Assembly (NCBI GenBank): GCA_029553295.1
Contig: JAKPCK010000051.1
Location: forward strand, 4,738 to 68,737
Origin: Deltaproteobacteria bacterium
Lineage (GTDB): Bacteria; Desulfobacterota; Syntrophorhabdia; Syntrophorhabdales; Syntrophorhabdaceae
Length of the DNA: 64,000 bases
Direction of reading: 5' to 3'
In this document: positions 8,035 to 17,469 of the stretch, in pieces
Layout: each line of letters starts with the position of its first letter
Position numbering within the stretch: position 1 is the stretch's first letter
Position numbers and translations under genes: made by a program
The notes under the pieces: model-generated
Told to the model about the DNA's origin: nothing
The model's database searches: none
The model's input: the letters and a program-made list of their open reading frames with translations, nothing else

Positions 8035-9035
8035 AACATCAGACCAAAAATAGTCCCCAGTATGGTTATGGGTGTCATCTCAGAGATACCATCAGCACCT
8101 TTCTGGAGCTTTTTCATGGCCTTCTCTGTCTCCACATAAAGACTATCATCTTTTGCAAGTTTACCAAGGGTGCCCTCTCCCTTTTTAACACCATCTGTTA
8201 TGTCCTTTAAGTTTTTCACAGTGTCCTTGGCATCATTATAGAGGGAATCGTCCTTTACGAGTTTACCCAGAGAGCCCTTACCCTGTTCTATATCTGAGGA
8301 AATGCTCTTTAATGAGGCCATGGTATCCTTTGCGTCATTATATAATTTCTCATCCTTTATGAGCATCCCAAGGCTTCCCTTACCGCTTTCCACATCCGTT
8401 ACAATCTTCTTCAGCCCTTTCATTGTATCATCGGCATTGGCTATTACACTGTTGATACTGTTTTTATTGTCCTTGATAATGTCTTTGAACTCCCCGGTTA
8501 TAGTCTGGATATTGTCAATACTCTTTTTTATGCCTGCCTTTTCCTTCTCTCCGAGTATCCCCTGAAACTCCTCAATGGTATCGCCGAATTTCTTTGCAGC
8601 AGTGCCTACCTGTGTGAATATCTCATCAAAACTTGGTGAGGTCAGGACATTACTCATCTTTTCACCGCTGGACAGCATCTTCTTTTCTTTTCCGGGTAAA
8701 ATCTCAAGGTATTTATCACCGAGGACACCCTGCGTCCTCACGGCTATTATACTGTCTGAGGGTATCTGGACACCCTCTTTTACAGAAAACCTCACCAGTG
8801 CCTTGAAATTGTCGAGCTTGACACTCCTTATCCTCCCTACCTCGACGCCGGCAATGAGAACCGGTGACTTTGTATCAAGCCCGTTGGCATTATCGAGATA
8901 TACCATAAGGTCATATCCCTTATCGCTTAAAACCCCAAATTTCCCTATCCTGATGGACATATAAAATAATATTATAAATCCTATCAAAACAAGAATGCCC
9001 ACCTTGAACTCCGGTGAGAGTCTTCCCTGTTTCAT
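8031..9035 (-). CDS. mlaD: MlaD/MCE-family substrate-binding protein with repeat-containing C-terminal extension
   Basis: N-terminal TM (VGILVLIGFIILF) and an MCE domain (LDTKSPVLIAGVEVGRI). Sits in operon position after mlaF. Confidence 0.85.
   Translation of the reverse strand: MKQGRLSPEFKVGILVLIGFIILFYMSIRIGKFGVLSDKGYDLMVYLDNANGLDTKSPVLIAGVEVGRIRSVKLDNFKALVRFSVKEGVQIPSDSIIAVRTQGVLGDKYLEILPGKEKKMLSSGEKMSNVLTSPSFDEIFTQVGTAAKKFGDTIEEFQGILGEKEKAGIKKSIDNIQTITGEFKDIIKDNKNSINSVIANADDTMKGLKKIVTDVESGKGSLGMLIKDEKLYNDAKDTMASLKSISSDIEQGKGSLGKLVKDDSLYNDAKDTVKNLKDITDGVKKGEGTLGKLAKDDSLYVETEKAMKKLQKGADGISEMTPITILGTIFGLMF
8088..8384 (-). repeat. Three tandem ~34-aa coding repeats inside mlaD (G-K/E-G-S/T-LG-x-L-x-KD-x-x-LY...)
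   Basis: Repeat 1 is GKGSLGMLIKDEKLYNDAKDTMASLKSISSDIEQ. Repeat 2 is GKGSLGKLVKDDSLYNDAKDTVKNLKDITDGVKK. Repeat 3 is GEGTLGKLAKDDSLYVETEKAMKKLQKGADG. Confidence 0.85.
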
Positions 9036-9802
9036 CTATCACCTCCTGAAAAACCTGGTATACCTGTGGCTTTTAAAAACTCTTTTATCTCTTCCTTCTT
9101 GCTCTGTCTTATCTCCTTAGGTGTCCCGAATTCTATAATCCTTCCATTGTAAAGCATGGCAACCTTATGGGCAATCCTGAACATGCCGAGTATGTCGTGG
9201 CTTATGACAACATAGGTTTTCTGGAGCCTCTCCTGGGTCTCTTTAATCAAATCGAGTATAGTCAGGGCTGTTATAGGGTCAAGGGCACTTGTTGGCTCAT
9301 CAAACAGTATGATATCCGGGTCAAGTATCAATGCCCTTGCAAGACCAACCCTCTTTCTCATACCGCCGGACAACTCAGAAGGCATCTTGCTGTCAAATCC
9401 TGCAAGACCCACATTTCTCAGTCTTTCCTGCGCCATCCTCAGTATCTCTTTTTCCGGCAGCTTTGTATGCTCCCTCACCGGGAATGCCACATTGTCAATA
9501 ACGTTCATGGAATCAAAAAGGGCTGCCTCCTGAAACAACATACCGAACTTCTTTCTCACCTCGTTTAGGTCTTTTTCATTTAGCTTTGTTATGTCTGACC
9601 CCTCTATCCATATCTCACCACTGTCAGGTTTTAGTAAACCTATTAGGTGTTTCATGAGGACGCTCTTGCCGCCGCCACTTTTACCTATAATAACAGTTAT
9701 CTCGCCCCTTTTTATCTCAAGGTTGACCCCATCAAGGACCTTCTGGCTTGCAAATGTCTTGTGCAGGTCATTTATCTTTATTACAATCCCGTTATCATTC
9801 AT
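9032..9802 (-). CDS. mlaF: Mla-type ABC transporter ATP-binding protein
   Basis: Walker A GKSGGGKS, ABC signature LSGGMRKRV and Walker B IILFDEPTSALD. Confidence 0.9.
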   Translation of the reverse strand: MNDNGIVIKINDLHKTFASQKVLDGVNLEIKRGEITVIIGKSGGGKSVLMKHLIGLLKPDSGEIWIEGSDITKLNEKDLNEVRKKFGMLFQEAALFDSMNVIDNVAFPVREHTKLPEKEILRMAQERLRNVGLAGFDSKMPSELSGGMRKRVGLARALILDPDIILFDEPTSALDPITALTILDLIKETQERLQKTYVVISHDILGMFRIAHKVAMLYNGRIIEFGTPKEIRQSKKEEIKEFLKATGIPGFSGGDR

Positions 9803-9804
9803 TT

Positions 9805-10578
9805 TTAAAACATCAATGAGGTGAGGACATAGTCAGCAATCAGAATAGAAACACTGGATATTACTACAGATTCTGTTGTTGATCTACCTACACCCTCAGC
9901 CCCTCCCTTTGTGTAAAAACCTTTATAACAGGCTACAACGCTTAGGATGATGCCAAAGCATGCTGCCTTTACAAGACCGTTGTATATATCATCCAGTTCA
10001 AGATATTTGGTCATCTTATTTATAAAAGCACCCTCATTTATCCCAAGGAGCTTGACACCCACAAGCCAGCCCCCCACTATACCTACAAAATCAGATACTA
10101 TTGTTAAGACAGGCAACATAAAAAAGGATGCCACGACCCTCGGTGTGACAAGGTATTTTATTGGGTTTAGTGCCATCACAATCAGGGCATCTATCTGCTC
10201 TGTCACCCTCATTGTCCCCAATTCTGCCGCCATAGCCGAGCCAGCCCTCCCTGTCACCATAAGGCTTGTAAGCACAGGACCCAATTCCCTTGTCATACTC
10301 AAGGCCACTGTTGTCCCGACAAGACCTTCTGCCCCGAATTTTCTGAAGCCATAGTATGATTGAAGGGCAAGGACCATGCCTGTGAATGTCCCTGTAATGA
10401 TGACAACCCCGGCGGATTTAACACCTATGAACTCCATCTGTTTAAATATATAATTAAGTTTCAAGGGTCTCCTGAATGCCCAGTAGACACCGCTAAAAAA
10501 CATAAGCCCTATCCCGCCCAATTCCCTCAATATATAAACAACAGTACCTGAAATCCTTTTTATGAGATTAACCAACAT
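9805..10578 (-). CDS. mlaE: Mla-type ABC transporter permease
   Basis: Polytopic membrane protein typical of MlaE/YrbE (..TRELGPVLTSLMVTGRAGSAMAAELGTMRVTEQIDAL..). Start set at the internal ATG (MLVNLIKR). The longer ORF to 10638 would run 71 nt into alr. Confidence 0.85.
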   Translation of the reverse strand: MLVNLIKRISGTVVYILRELGGIGLMFFSGVYWAFRRPLKLNYIFKQMEFIGVKSAGVVIITGTFTGMVLALQSYYGFRKFGAEGLVGTTVALSMTRELGPVLTSLMVTGRAGSAMAAELGTMRVTEQIDALIVMALNPIKYLVTPRVVASFFMLPVLTIVSDFVGIVGGWLVGVKLLGINEGAFINKMTKYLELDDIYNGLVKAACFGIILSVVACYKGFYTKGGAEGVGRSTTESVVISSVSILIADYVLTSLMF

Positions 10579-11701
10579 ACGTCCTCTGTATCTTTCTCGA
10601 TACCCTGCATAGCACCTCGTATGGTATTGTACCCTCAAGATGCGCTATCTCATCTGCTGTTATAGAACCATCTCTTCCACTGCCCATGAAAATGACCTCA
10701 TCACCCACCTTGAAATCATCATGACCTGTTATATCAACAAGTATCCAGTCCATACAGACCCTACCAACAATACAGCATCTCATATCTTTTATCAATACAA
10801 ATCCTCTGTTGGATAGAGCCCTTGGATACCCGTCTGAATACCCAAGAGGGATATAGGCTATCTTTGTTTTATCTTCCCCTGTCTTGAATGTCCCCCCATA
10901 GCTCAGGGAACAACCCCTTGGGAATGTCCTTATAAGGGCTATCCTTGAAGAAAGCCTCATCACCTGTTTAAGTCTTATTTTGTCCATCAAAGAAAGGTCA
11001 GGATAAGAGCCATAAAGACCTATGCCCAACCTTACCATATTGAAATGTGCCTCCGGATAATTCAGTATTGCACCTGTATTGGCCATATGGACATACTGAG
11101 GGTCTATACCATGAGCCCTCATGGTATTCAATATATCTCTGAACCTACCTACCTGCCCCAGACCATAGTCATCCCTTACCTCTGATGAAGAAAAATGACT
11201 CATTATGCCCTCAACATGGATATTTTTTGCTCTCTTTATAATCTCAATAACATAAGGGACATCATCTTGGTTGAAACCCAGTCTGCCCATGCCTGTATCA
11301 AATTTTACATGGATGTTTATAGATGAATCAAAGCCCATGCCCTCATCGGCAATCCTCTTTAGGGCCTCCATATCATAGATAACAGGGGCAAGGTTATGCT
11401 GGATAAAGGGTCTTGTGTTATCCCAGGGTAATATCCCGCTCATCACCAGTATAGGGGATTTTATACTGTTTTTTCTCAATTCAATGGCCTCTTTTAGCGT
11501 GGCAACACCGAAGTATCCTGCACCTATAAATTCAAGCCTCCTTGTTACCTCAACGGCACCATGGCCATAGGCATCTGCCTTAACAACACACAGTATCTTC
11601 ACATCATGGGATAGAATGGATTTTATGGCCCTGTAGTTGTCTTCGATGGAACCGAGGTCTATGGACACTGTAGCCCTTGGAATACTGTCATTTATCTTCA
11701 T
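10568..11701 (-). CDS. alr: Alanine racemase
   Basis: PLP-lysine motif VVKADAYGHG. Length is 377 aa. C-terminal IPYEVLC motif. Confidence 0.9.
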   Translation of the reverse strand: MKINDSIPRATVSIDLGSIEDNYRAIKSILSHDVKILCVVKADAYGHGAVEVTRRLEFIGAGYFGVATLKEAIELRKNSIKSPILVMSGILPWDNTRPFIQHNLAPVIYDMEALKRIADEGMGFDSSINIHVKFDTGMGRLGFNQDDVPYVIEIIKRAKNIHVEGIMSHFSSSEVRDDYGLGQVGRFRDILNTMRAHGIDPQYVHMANTGAILNYPEAHFNMVRLGIGLYGSYPDLSLMDKIRLKQVMRLSSRIALIRTFPRGCSLSYGGTFKTGEDKTKIAYIPLGYSDGYPRALSNRGFVLIKDMRCCIVGRVCMDWILVDITGHDDFKVGDEVIFMGSGRDGSITADEIAHLEGTIPYEVLCRVSRKIQRTYVG

Positions 11702-12990
11702 CTTTTTGCCATACCTGCAAATACCCTATCAAAGGCATCTATTGTCCTGGAGAGCTCTTCTTCACCATGTTGAGATGTTACAAAAGATGCCTCAAAGGGG
11801 CTTGGCGCAAAAAATATACCCTCTTCAAGCATTGATTTGAAAAACCTCTCATAACATATTCGGTCAGATTCAAGGGCCGATGCATAATCATCCACAACTC
11901 TATCTGTAAAAAAACCTGTCCACATCCCTGTTATTGCATTTATCCTATAAGGTATCCTGTATTTTTCTTTCATTGCAAGAACTGCCTCTTTAAGCCTTTT
12001 TATATAATCGTCCATCTGCTGGTATATTAGCCTGTTTTTCTTAAGATAATCAAGCACATATACCCCTGCCCTCACTGCAACAGGGTTACCTGAAAGAGTG
12101 CCTGCCTGGTATACATTGCCTTCAGGGGCCAATGCATCCATTATCTCAGTTCTGCCGCCAAATGCACCAATGGGGAAACCACCGCCGATTATCTTCCCAA
12201 GGCATGTTATATCAGGTTTTGTGTCATATATGTGCTGTACACCACCATATGTAACCCTGAAACCTGTTATAACCTCGTCAAAAATAAGCAGTATATTATT
12301 TTCCCTGCATATCCTTTCCATGTCTTTTAGAAAACCTTTATCCGGGAGTATTACACCCATGTTTCCCATCACAGGCTCCAAAATAATACACGCTATGTCC
12401 TTATTTTTATTTACAATCTCCTCAACAGAATCAATATTATTAAAATCTGCTATGTAGGTATGTCTTGCAAGGTCAAGGGGTATACCACTACTGTCCGGGA
12501 TACCAAATGTAGCCAGCCCTGAACCTGCCTTAACGAGGAGGGAATCTACATGGCCGTGATAGCAACCCCTGAATTTTATAATGTTCTGTCTCCCTGTCCA
12601 GCCCCTTGCAAGCCTTATAGCGCTCATGGTTGCCTCTGTGCCTGATGATGTAAGCCTGAGCTTCTCGATGGCAGGGAAGGCATCTGTTATAAGCTCCGCC
12701 AGGACAATCTCGTATCTATGGCATGCACCGAAGCTCGTGCCTGAGCCCAGTGCCTCTTTGACCTCTTCTATTAGGCCTTCATCTGCATGCCCCAGTATAA
12801 TGGCACCCCAGGACATAACATAGTCAAGATACCTGCTTTTGTCTTCGTCGTATATATAGGCGCCCTTAGCCTTTTTCACATAAAAAGGCACATCATTTAC
12901 AGAGCGAAATGCCCTGACAGGGCTGTTTACCCCGCCGGGGATTATCTTTTTTGCCCTCTCAAAAAGCCCTCTTGAGGTCTCTCTATTCAT
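11698..12990 (-). CDS. hemL: Glutamate-1-semialdehyde 2,1-aminomutase
   Basis: N-terminal SxxLFxxAKxxIPGGVNSPVRAF signature. Class III aminotransferase, 430 aa. Confidence 0.95.
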   Translation of the reverse strand: MNRETSRGLFERAKKIIPGGVNSPVRAFRSVNDVPFYVKKAKGAYIYDEDKSRYLDYVMSWGAIILGHADEGLIEEVKEALGSGTSFGACHRYEIVLAELITDAFPAIEKLRLTSSGTEATMSAIRLARGWTGRQNIIKFRGCYHGHVDSLLVKAGSGLATFGIPDSSGIPLDLARHTYIADFNNIDSVEEIVNKNKDIACIILEPVMGNMGVILPDKGFLKDMERICRENNILLIFDEVITGFRVTYGGVQHIYDTKPDITCLGKIIGGGFPIGAFGGRTEIMDALAPEGNVYQAGTLSGNPVAVRAGVYVLDYLKKNRLIYQQMDDYIKRLKEAVLAMKEKYRIPYRINAITGMWTGFFTDRVVDDYASALESDRICYERFFKSMLEEGIFFAPSPFEASFVTSQHGEEELSRTIDAFDRVFAGMAKR

Positions 12991-13498
12991 TTACCACCCT
13001 TATAGATGTCTTTTTAAACTCCCTCTTGCTGAAAAATATCTTAAAATCCCTTTTGCCTGTCTCGTCAGAGATGCGCCTCACAATATCAAGGCAATCATCT
13101 CTGCTTTTTCCGTGAATCATGGTATAAAGGTTGTATTCCCAGTAATCCCCGGTATCCCTCTCATAACAGTGGCTTACCTCCGGGAAAGATGCCATTATAT
13201 TACCTGTCTTTTCTATATCTTCTTTTTCTACCCTCCATACAACCATGGCATTATGGGTATATGACACATTCCTGTGGTATAGGACAGCGGCTATCCTCCT
13301 TATTGTCCCCTCTTCCATCATCTTTTTTAGTCTCGCTATAATATCATCCCCATCTATAGAACATCTCCTCCCTATCTCCATATATGGCTCTACAGACAGC
13401 GGAAAATCATCAGGTATGTTCTTCAAAAAGGATCTATCATCCTCCCTCTCATCCCTATGCATGGTCTCTATTTTACATATATGGCTTATCCTTTTCAA
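12983..13498 (-). CDS. AsnC/Lrp-like siroheme decarboxylase subunit (AhbA/AhbB, NirD/H family)
   Basis: DDFPLSVEPYMEIG...TIRRIAAVLYHRNVSYTHNAMVVW...EVSHCYER pattern. Adjacent to hemL. The start is a TTG at 13498; an ATG at 13462 is an alternative. Confidence 0.65.
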   Translation of the reverse strand: MKRISHICKIETMHRDEREDDRSFLKNIPDDFPLSVEPYMEIGRRCSIDGDDIIARLKKMMEEGTIRRIAAVLYHRNVSYTHNAMVVWRVEKEDIEKTGNIMASFPEVSHCYERDTGDYWEYNLYTMIHGKSRDDCLDIVRRISDETGKRDFKIFFSKREFKKTSIRVVNE

Positions 13499-13715
13499 AT
13501 AAAATGATGTTAAAAAATCCTTTACTTTAGGTCAAGATATATGTAAATTCATAGTCTTATGTAATACCTTTTTAGGGTTTCAAAGAATATGTAGCTATCC
13601 TTGAGACCCATATTAATTAAGCTATTGCGGGATTCCATTCTGTAGATTAAAGACCTCTTATTTTTTTGTAAGGTCTTAATAATGTAAAATGTTTTTTAAA
13701 CGGGAGAGGAAAAAG

Positions 13716-14879
13716 ATGGTAAAACCAGCATCAAGATTGGAAAAGATACCTCCTTATCTGTTTGCAAGGATTGATAAGAAAAAGGAAGAGGCCAGAAAAA
13801 AGGGTATAGACCTTATTGATTTCGGTATAGGTGACCCGGACATCCCAACACCGGCCAACATTATAGAGAAGATGAAAGAGGCAACTGAAAACTCGAGAAA
13901 TCATAGATACCCAAGCTATGAGGGTATGTATGCATTCAGAAAGGCGGTGGCTGATTGGTATAAAAAGAGATTCTCTGTCAAACTAAACCCGGATGATGAG
14001 GTTGTAACGCTTATTGGCTCCAAAGAAGGTATTGCCCATATCCCATGGGCATATGTTGAAAATGGAGATATTGTGCTTGTTCCGTCTCCAGGCTATCCTG
14101 TCTATAAAATATCTACCCTCCTCGCAGGGGGGACCCCTTATATCATGCCCCTTAAGGAAGAAAACAACTTTCTCCCTGATCTCGATAAGATTCCCAAGGA
14201 CGCATTAAAAAAGGCAAAACTTCTGTTCATCAATTATCCCAATAACCCCACAGGTGCCCATGGAGATGATGATTTTTTCAAAAAGGTTATACACATCGCA
14301 AAGGAATACGATATACTTGTCTGTCATGATGCAGCCTACAGCGAGATATCCTATGACGGTTATCAGCCAAAGAGTTTTCTCGAATTTGACCCTGAGAAAA
14401 AATATTCCATAGAATTCCATTCCCTTTCAAAGACATACTGTATGACAGGCTGGAGGATTGGTTTCGCAGTGGGAAACAAAGATGCCATATATAATCTGGG
14501 CAAACTAAAAACAAATATAGATTCAGGCGTATTCCAGGCAATACAACAGGCAGGGATAGAGGCCCTAACAGGAGACCAGACAAGCCTGGAGGAACTGAAA
14601 AAACGTTTTCAGAAAAGAAGGGATATGGTGGTTGATGGCCTTAAATCCCTTGGTATACATGTTAGAAAACCCCTTGCCACCTTCTATATATGGGCAAAGG
14701 TACCGAAAAAATATAAATCCGAGGAATTCTGCGAGAGGCTCATTGAAAAGACAGGGATTGTTGTAACACCTGGCAATGGCTTTGGAGATGAAGGTGAGGG
14801 CTATTTCAGGATATCTCTGACTATAAATGAGAAAAAGATAAAAGAGGCCATGAAAAGACTCGCCTCATTTAAATATTAA
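13716..14879 (+). CDS. dapL: LL-diaminopimelate aminotransferase (class I aminotransferase)
   Basis: N-terminal [13 protein letters not shown]...[13 protein letters not shown] and PLP-lysine context [15 protein letters not shown]. Start chosen at the ATG preceded by GGGAGAGGA. The ORF track starts at 13689. Confidence 0.75.
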   Translation: MVKPASRLEKIPPYLFARIDKKKEEARKKGIDLIDFGIGDPDIPTPANIIEKMKEATENSRNHRYPSYEGMYAFRKAVADWYKKRFSVKLNPDDEVVTLIGSKEGIAHIPWAYVENGDIVLVPSPGYPVYKISTLLAGGTPYIMPLKEENNFLPDLDKIPKDALKKAKLLFINYPNNPTGAHGDDDFFKKVIHIAKEYDILVCHDAAYSEISYDGYQPKSFLEFDPEKKYSIEFHSLSKTYCMTGWRIGFAVGNKDAIYNLGKLKTNIDSGVFQAIQQAGIEALTGDQTSLEELKKRFQKRRDMVVDGLKSLGIHVRKPLATFYIWAKVPKKYKSEEFCERLIEKTGIVVTPGNGFGDEGEGYFRISLTINEKKIKEAMKRLASFKY

Positions 14880-15715
14880 TCAGCCCCTAAAATAGTTTCG
14901 GCATTCTTATAGAGGATCTTCTCCTTTATTGTATCTGATAAAGGCAGCGCCAGAACCTTTTCTATAAGGGGCTTTATATGGGGGACACCTGGCCAGTCAC
15001 TGCCGAAAATAAATCTGTCCTGATAGAGGTCTATATGGGGGAAATACTCCGGCAGGTGCCTCGTAGGTATACCTGCAATACCCACATAAATATTTTTGTG
15101 ACGGGTCAGAAGCCATGCGACCTTGTTATACCAGAATGGCCTGCCACCGTGTTCAAGGATAATCTTCAAATCAGGGAATGCGTCTGCTATCTCATCGAAA
15201 AAAAGAGGGTCAGCATATTTGACAAGGGAGCCTTTAAAGATAGACGTCCCTGTATGAAACATAACAGGGAGATTTTTTGACTGGATATATTCATAAAAGG
15301 GAAAGAACCTCTCCTCATTGGGGTAGAAATGGGCGTAGCTTGGAAGCATCTTGAACCCCTTTACCCCAAGGGTCTCAAAGGCATGCCTTGCCTGTTCAAG
15401 GATGTCCCTTTCCTCATAGAGACATATAGAACCAAAGGGTATTAAATCCTTGTGGTCTTTACAGAAATCAATTACATACTCATTGGTCACTACCCCGGTT
15501 GCCTTTGGGGCATATTCGGCAAGGATGACCCCTTTTTTTACACCCTGACTGTTAAGATATGCCAGTATCCTGTCCGGGTCTGTCTCCTGGGAGAAGTGCT
15601 CGTAGAAATAGGGATTGGTCTTCCTGAAGAACTCAACAACCCAGGGGGTCCAGTTCCTGTAAGTCCCAACATGGATGTGCATATCTATTGCCATCATATT
15701 TTGCCCATTTTTCAA
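14876..15715 (-). CDS. Metal-dependent amidohydrolase (TIM-barrel, COG2159-like)
   Basis: IDMHIHVG metal-binding start, plus later HTG and EHGG elements. 279 aa. Stop codons overlap dapL convergently within TTAA. Confidence 0.65.
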   Translation of the reverse strand: MKNGQNMMAIDMHIHVGTYRNWTPWVVEFFRKTNPYFYEHFSQETDPDRILAYLNSQGVKKGVILAEYAPKATGVVTNEYVIDFCKDHKDLIPFGSICLYEERDILEQARHAFETLGVKGFKMLPSYAHFYPNEERFFPFYEYIQSKNLPVMFHTGTSIFKGSLVKYADPLFFDEIADAFPDLKIILEHGGRPFWYNKVAWLLTRHKNIYVGIAGIPTRHLPEYFPHIDLYQDRFIFGSDWPGVPHIKPLIEKVLALPLSDTIKEKILYKNAETILGAD

Positions 15716-15748
15716 TATTTTTTATTACTTAAAACCTCACAAATCCTA

Positions 15749-16591
15749 TCAGAGTAGCTTTCCTATGTCAACCACCTTGTCTATTCTGTTGATTATCTTC
15801 ATCTTTCTATGCCTTAACCCCTCTAGATACCTCCTTAAATCAAGGACGATAACGGTTTTATTATCTGTGCTACCATATTCAGTAGCAGTAGATACAATCC
15901 TATCTGCTGCCTTCTGGGCATCTCCATATGATCTTGTAATATCCATCACCTCTTTTGCATCCATGACATCCCATATGCCGTCACAGGCAACAACTACATA
16001 GTCATTTTCCTTGCCAAGGCAGCCCTCTACTATGTAAGGCTCTGCTATTACATAAGGTTTAAGGTGGGCATCCCCTAATGCACGGCTCATGGCAAGCTCA
16101 CCCTGAACCCTGTATACACCGAATCTTATCACAACCCCCCCTGCAGCCTCTATCCTCGACCTCTCACCGGGCATATCCGGCTTATGGTCTTCTGTAAGGA
16201 CACAGGCGCCGTCTTCAGTGCCTATTACAACCCTTGAGTCACCGATATTTACACTAAAGAATCTTTCATGGACAATATAGAAATTAGCAAGGGTTGTGCC
16301 ACTGGCAACGCCCTTTCCTACAATAAAATTATCAACCTCTATGCATGCCTCCCTTAGTAGTTCATATATTTCTCTCTGTTCCTCTGGGTTTTTAGAGAGT
16401 TCTTCATTCCAGAGATGTAGAAAACAGGGTGTCACCATCTCTGCTGCAATAACAGCAGCCCTGCCTCCACCGTGACCATCATATACCTCGGCGCTGAAGA
16501 ATCCTTTTACAGGTCTTGCATATATGGCATGCTCATCCTCCATGCTATCTCTCAAACCTATATCTTTGGCTATGCCATATGAGATGTCCAT
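15749..16591 (-). CDS. PP2C-family Ser/Thr protein phosphatase
   Basis: RDSMEDEH, VYDGHGG, DGIWDV and TDNKTVIV motifs. Confidence 0.85.
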   Translation of the reverse strand: MDISYGIAKDIGLRDSMEDEHAIYARPVKGFFSAEVYDGHGGGRAAVIAAEMVTPCFLHLWNEELSKNPEEQREIYELLREACIEVDNFIVGKGVASGTTLANFYIVHERFFSVNIGDSRVVIGTEDGACVLTEDHKPDMPGERSRIEAAGGVVIRFGVYRVQGELAMSRALGDAHLKPYVIAEPYIVEGCLGKENDYVVVACDGIWDVMDAKEVMDITRSYGDAQKAADRIVSTATEYGSTDNKTVIVLDLRRYLEGLRHRKMKIINRIDKVVDIGKLL

Positions 16592-16626
16592 AATGTATTT
16601 ATTGTATCACAAAAATAAGATGGTTA

Positions 16627-16655
16627 TTGTGAAAACAACTCAAAATAAATATAAT
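16627..16655 (+). promoter_or_regulatory. Candidate sigma-70 promoter for gpmA (TTGTGA-17 nt-TATAAT)
   Basis: TTGTGA at 16627-16632 and consensus TATAAT at 16650-16655. AGGAGG RBS at 16689-16694 precedes the ATG at 16703. Confidence 0.45.
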
Positions 16656-16702
16656 AATATGATTTGCAGTGGGAACAGATAAATCATCAGGAGGAATAGA
16701 CT

Positions 16703-17449
16703 ATGTATAAGCTTGTTCTTTTAAGGCATGGAGAAAGCACATGGAATAAAGAAAACAGGTTCACAGGATGGACAGATGTGGACCTCTCTGAAAAGGGCGT
16801 GGAAGAGGCAAAGACAGCAGGTCAGATATTAAAAAAAGAGGGCTATGTATTTGATATAGCCTTTACATCTTATCTTAAGAGGGCAATAAGGACCCTATGG
16901 ATTGTCCTTGATGAGATGGATCTTATGTGGATACCTGAATACAAGTCATGGAGACTCAATGAGAGGCACTACGGTGCATTACAGGGTCTCAACAAGGCAG
17001 AGATGGCAGAAAAGTTCGGCAATGAACTTGTGCATCAGTGGAGGAGGAGCTATGATGTCCCACCACCAAAGCTTGAAAAATCTGACCCCAGATATACGGC
17101 CAATGACCCGAGATATAAAGACCTCGACGAAAAAGACATCCCTTTAAGCGAATGCCTTAAAGATACGGTTATCAGATTCATGCCATACTGGCAGGAGGTA
17201 ATATCGCCCTTAATCCTGGAAGGGAAAAGAATAATAATCGTTGCCCACGGTAATAGCCTGAGGGCACTTGTAAAACACCTGGATAACATACCGGATGAAG
17301 AGATCCCTGGACTGAATATACCAACAGGCATACCCCTTGTTTATCACCTTGACAGTAGCCTTAAACCCATAGAGAAGTATTATCTCGGTGATACAGAGGA
17401 GATAGAAAAGGCAATCCAGAAGGTGGCAGACCAGACAAAAAAGAAATAA
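16703..17449 (+). CDS. gpmA: 2,3-bisphosphoglycerate-dependent phosphoglycerate mutase
   Basis: [26 protein letters not shown] active-site signature. 248 aa. Confidence 0.95.
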   Translation: MYKLVLLRHGESTWNKENRFTGWTDVDLSEKGVEEAKTAGQILKKEGYVFDIAFTSYLKRAIRTLWIVLDEMDLMWIPEYKSWRLNERHYGALQGLNKAEMAEKFGNELVHQWRRSYDVPPPKLEKSDPRYTANDPRYKDLDEKDIPLSECLKDTVIRFMPYWQEVISPLILEGKRIIIVAHGNSLRALVKHLDNIPDEEIPGLNIPTGIPLVYHLDSSLKPIEKYYLGDTEEIEKAIQKVADQTKKK

Positions 17450-17469
17450 ATAGAGCCTTGAAAAGGGTA

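Noticed and set aside
10579-10638. Longer mlaE start (MRVQYHTRCYAGYRERYRGR...)
   Set aside because: It would overlap alr by 71 nt and adds a non-conserved Arg/Tyr-rich leader. The internal ATG gives a family-typical 257-aa permease.
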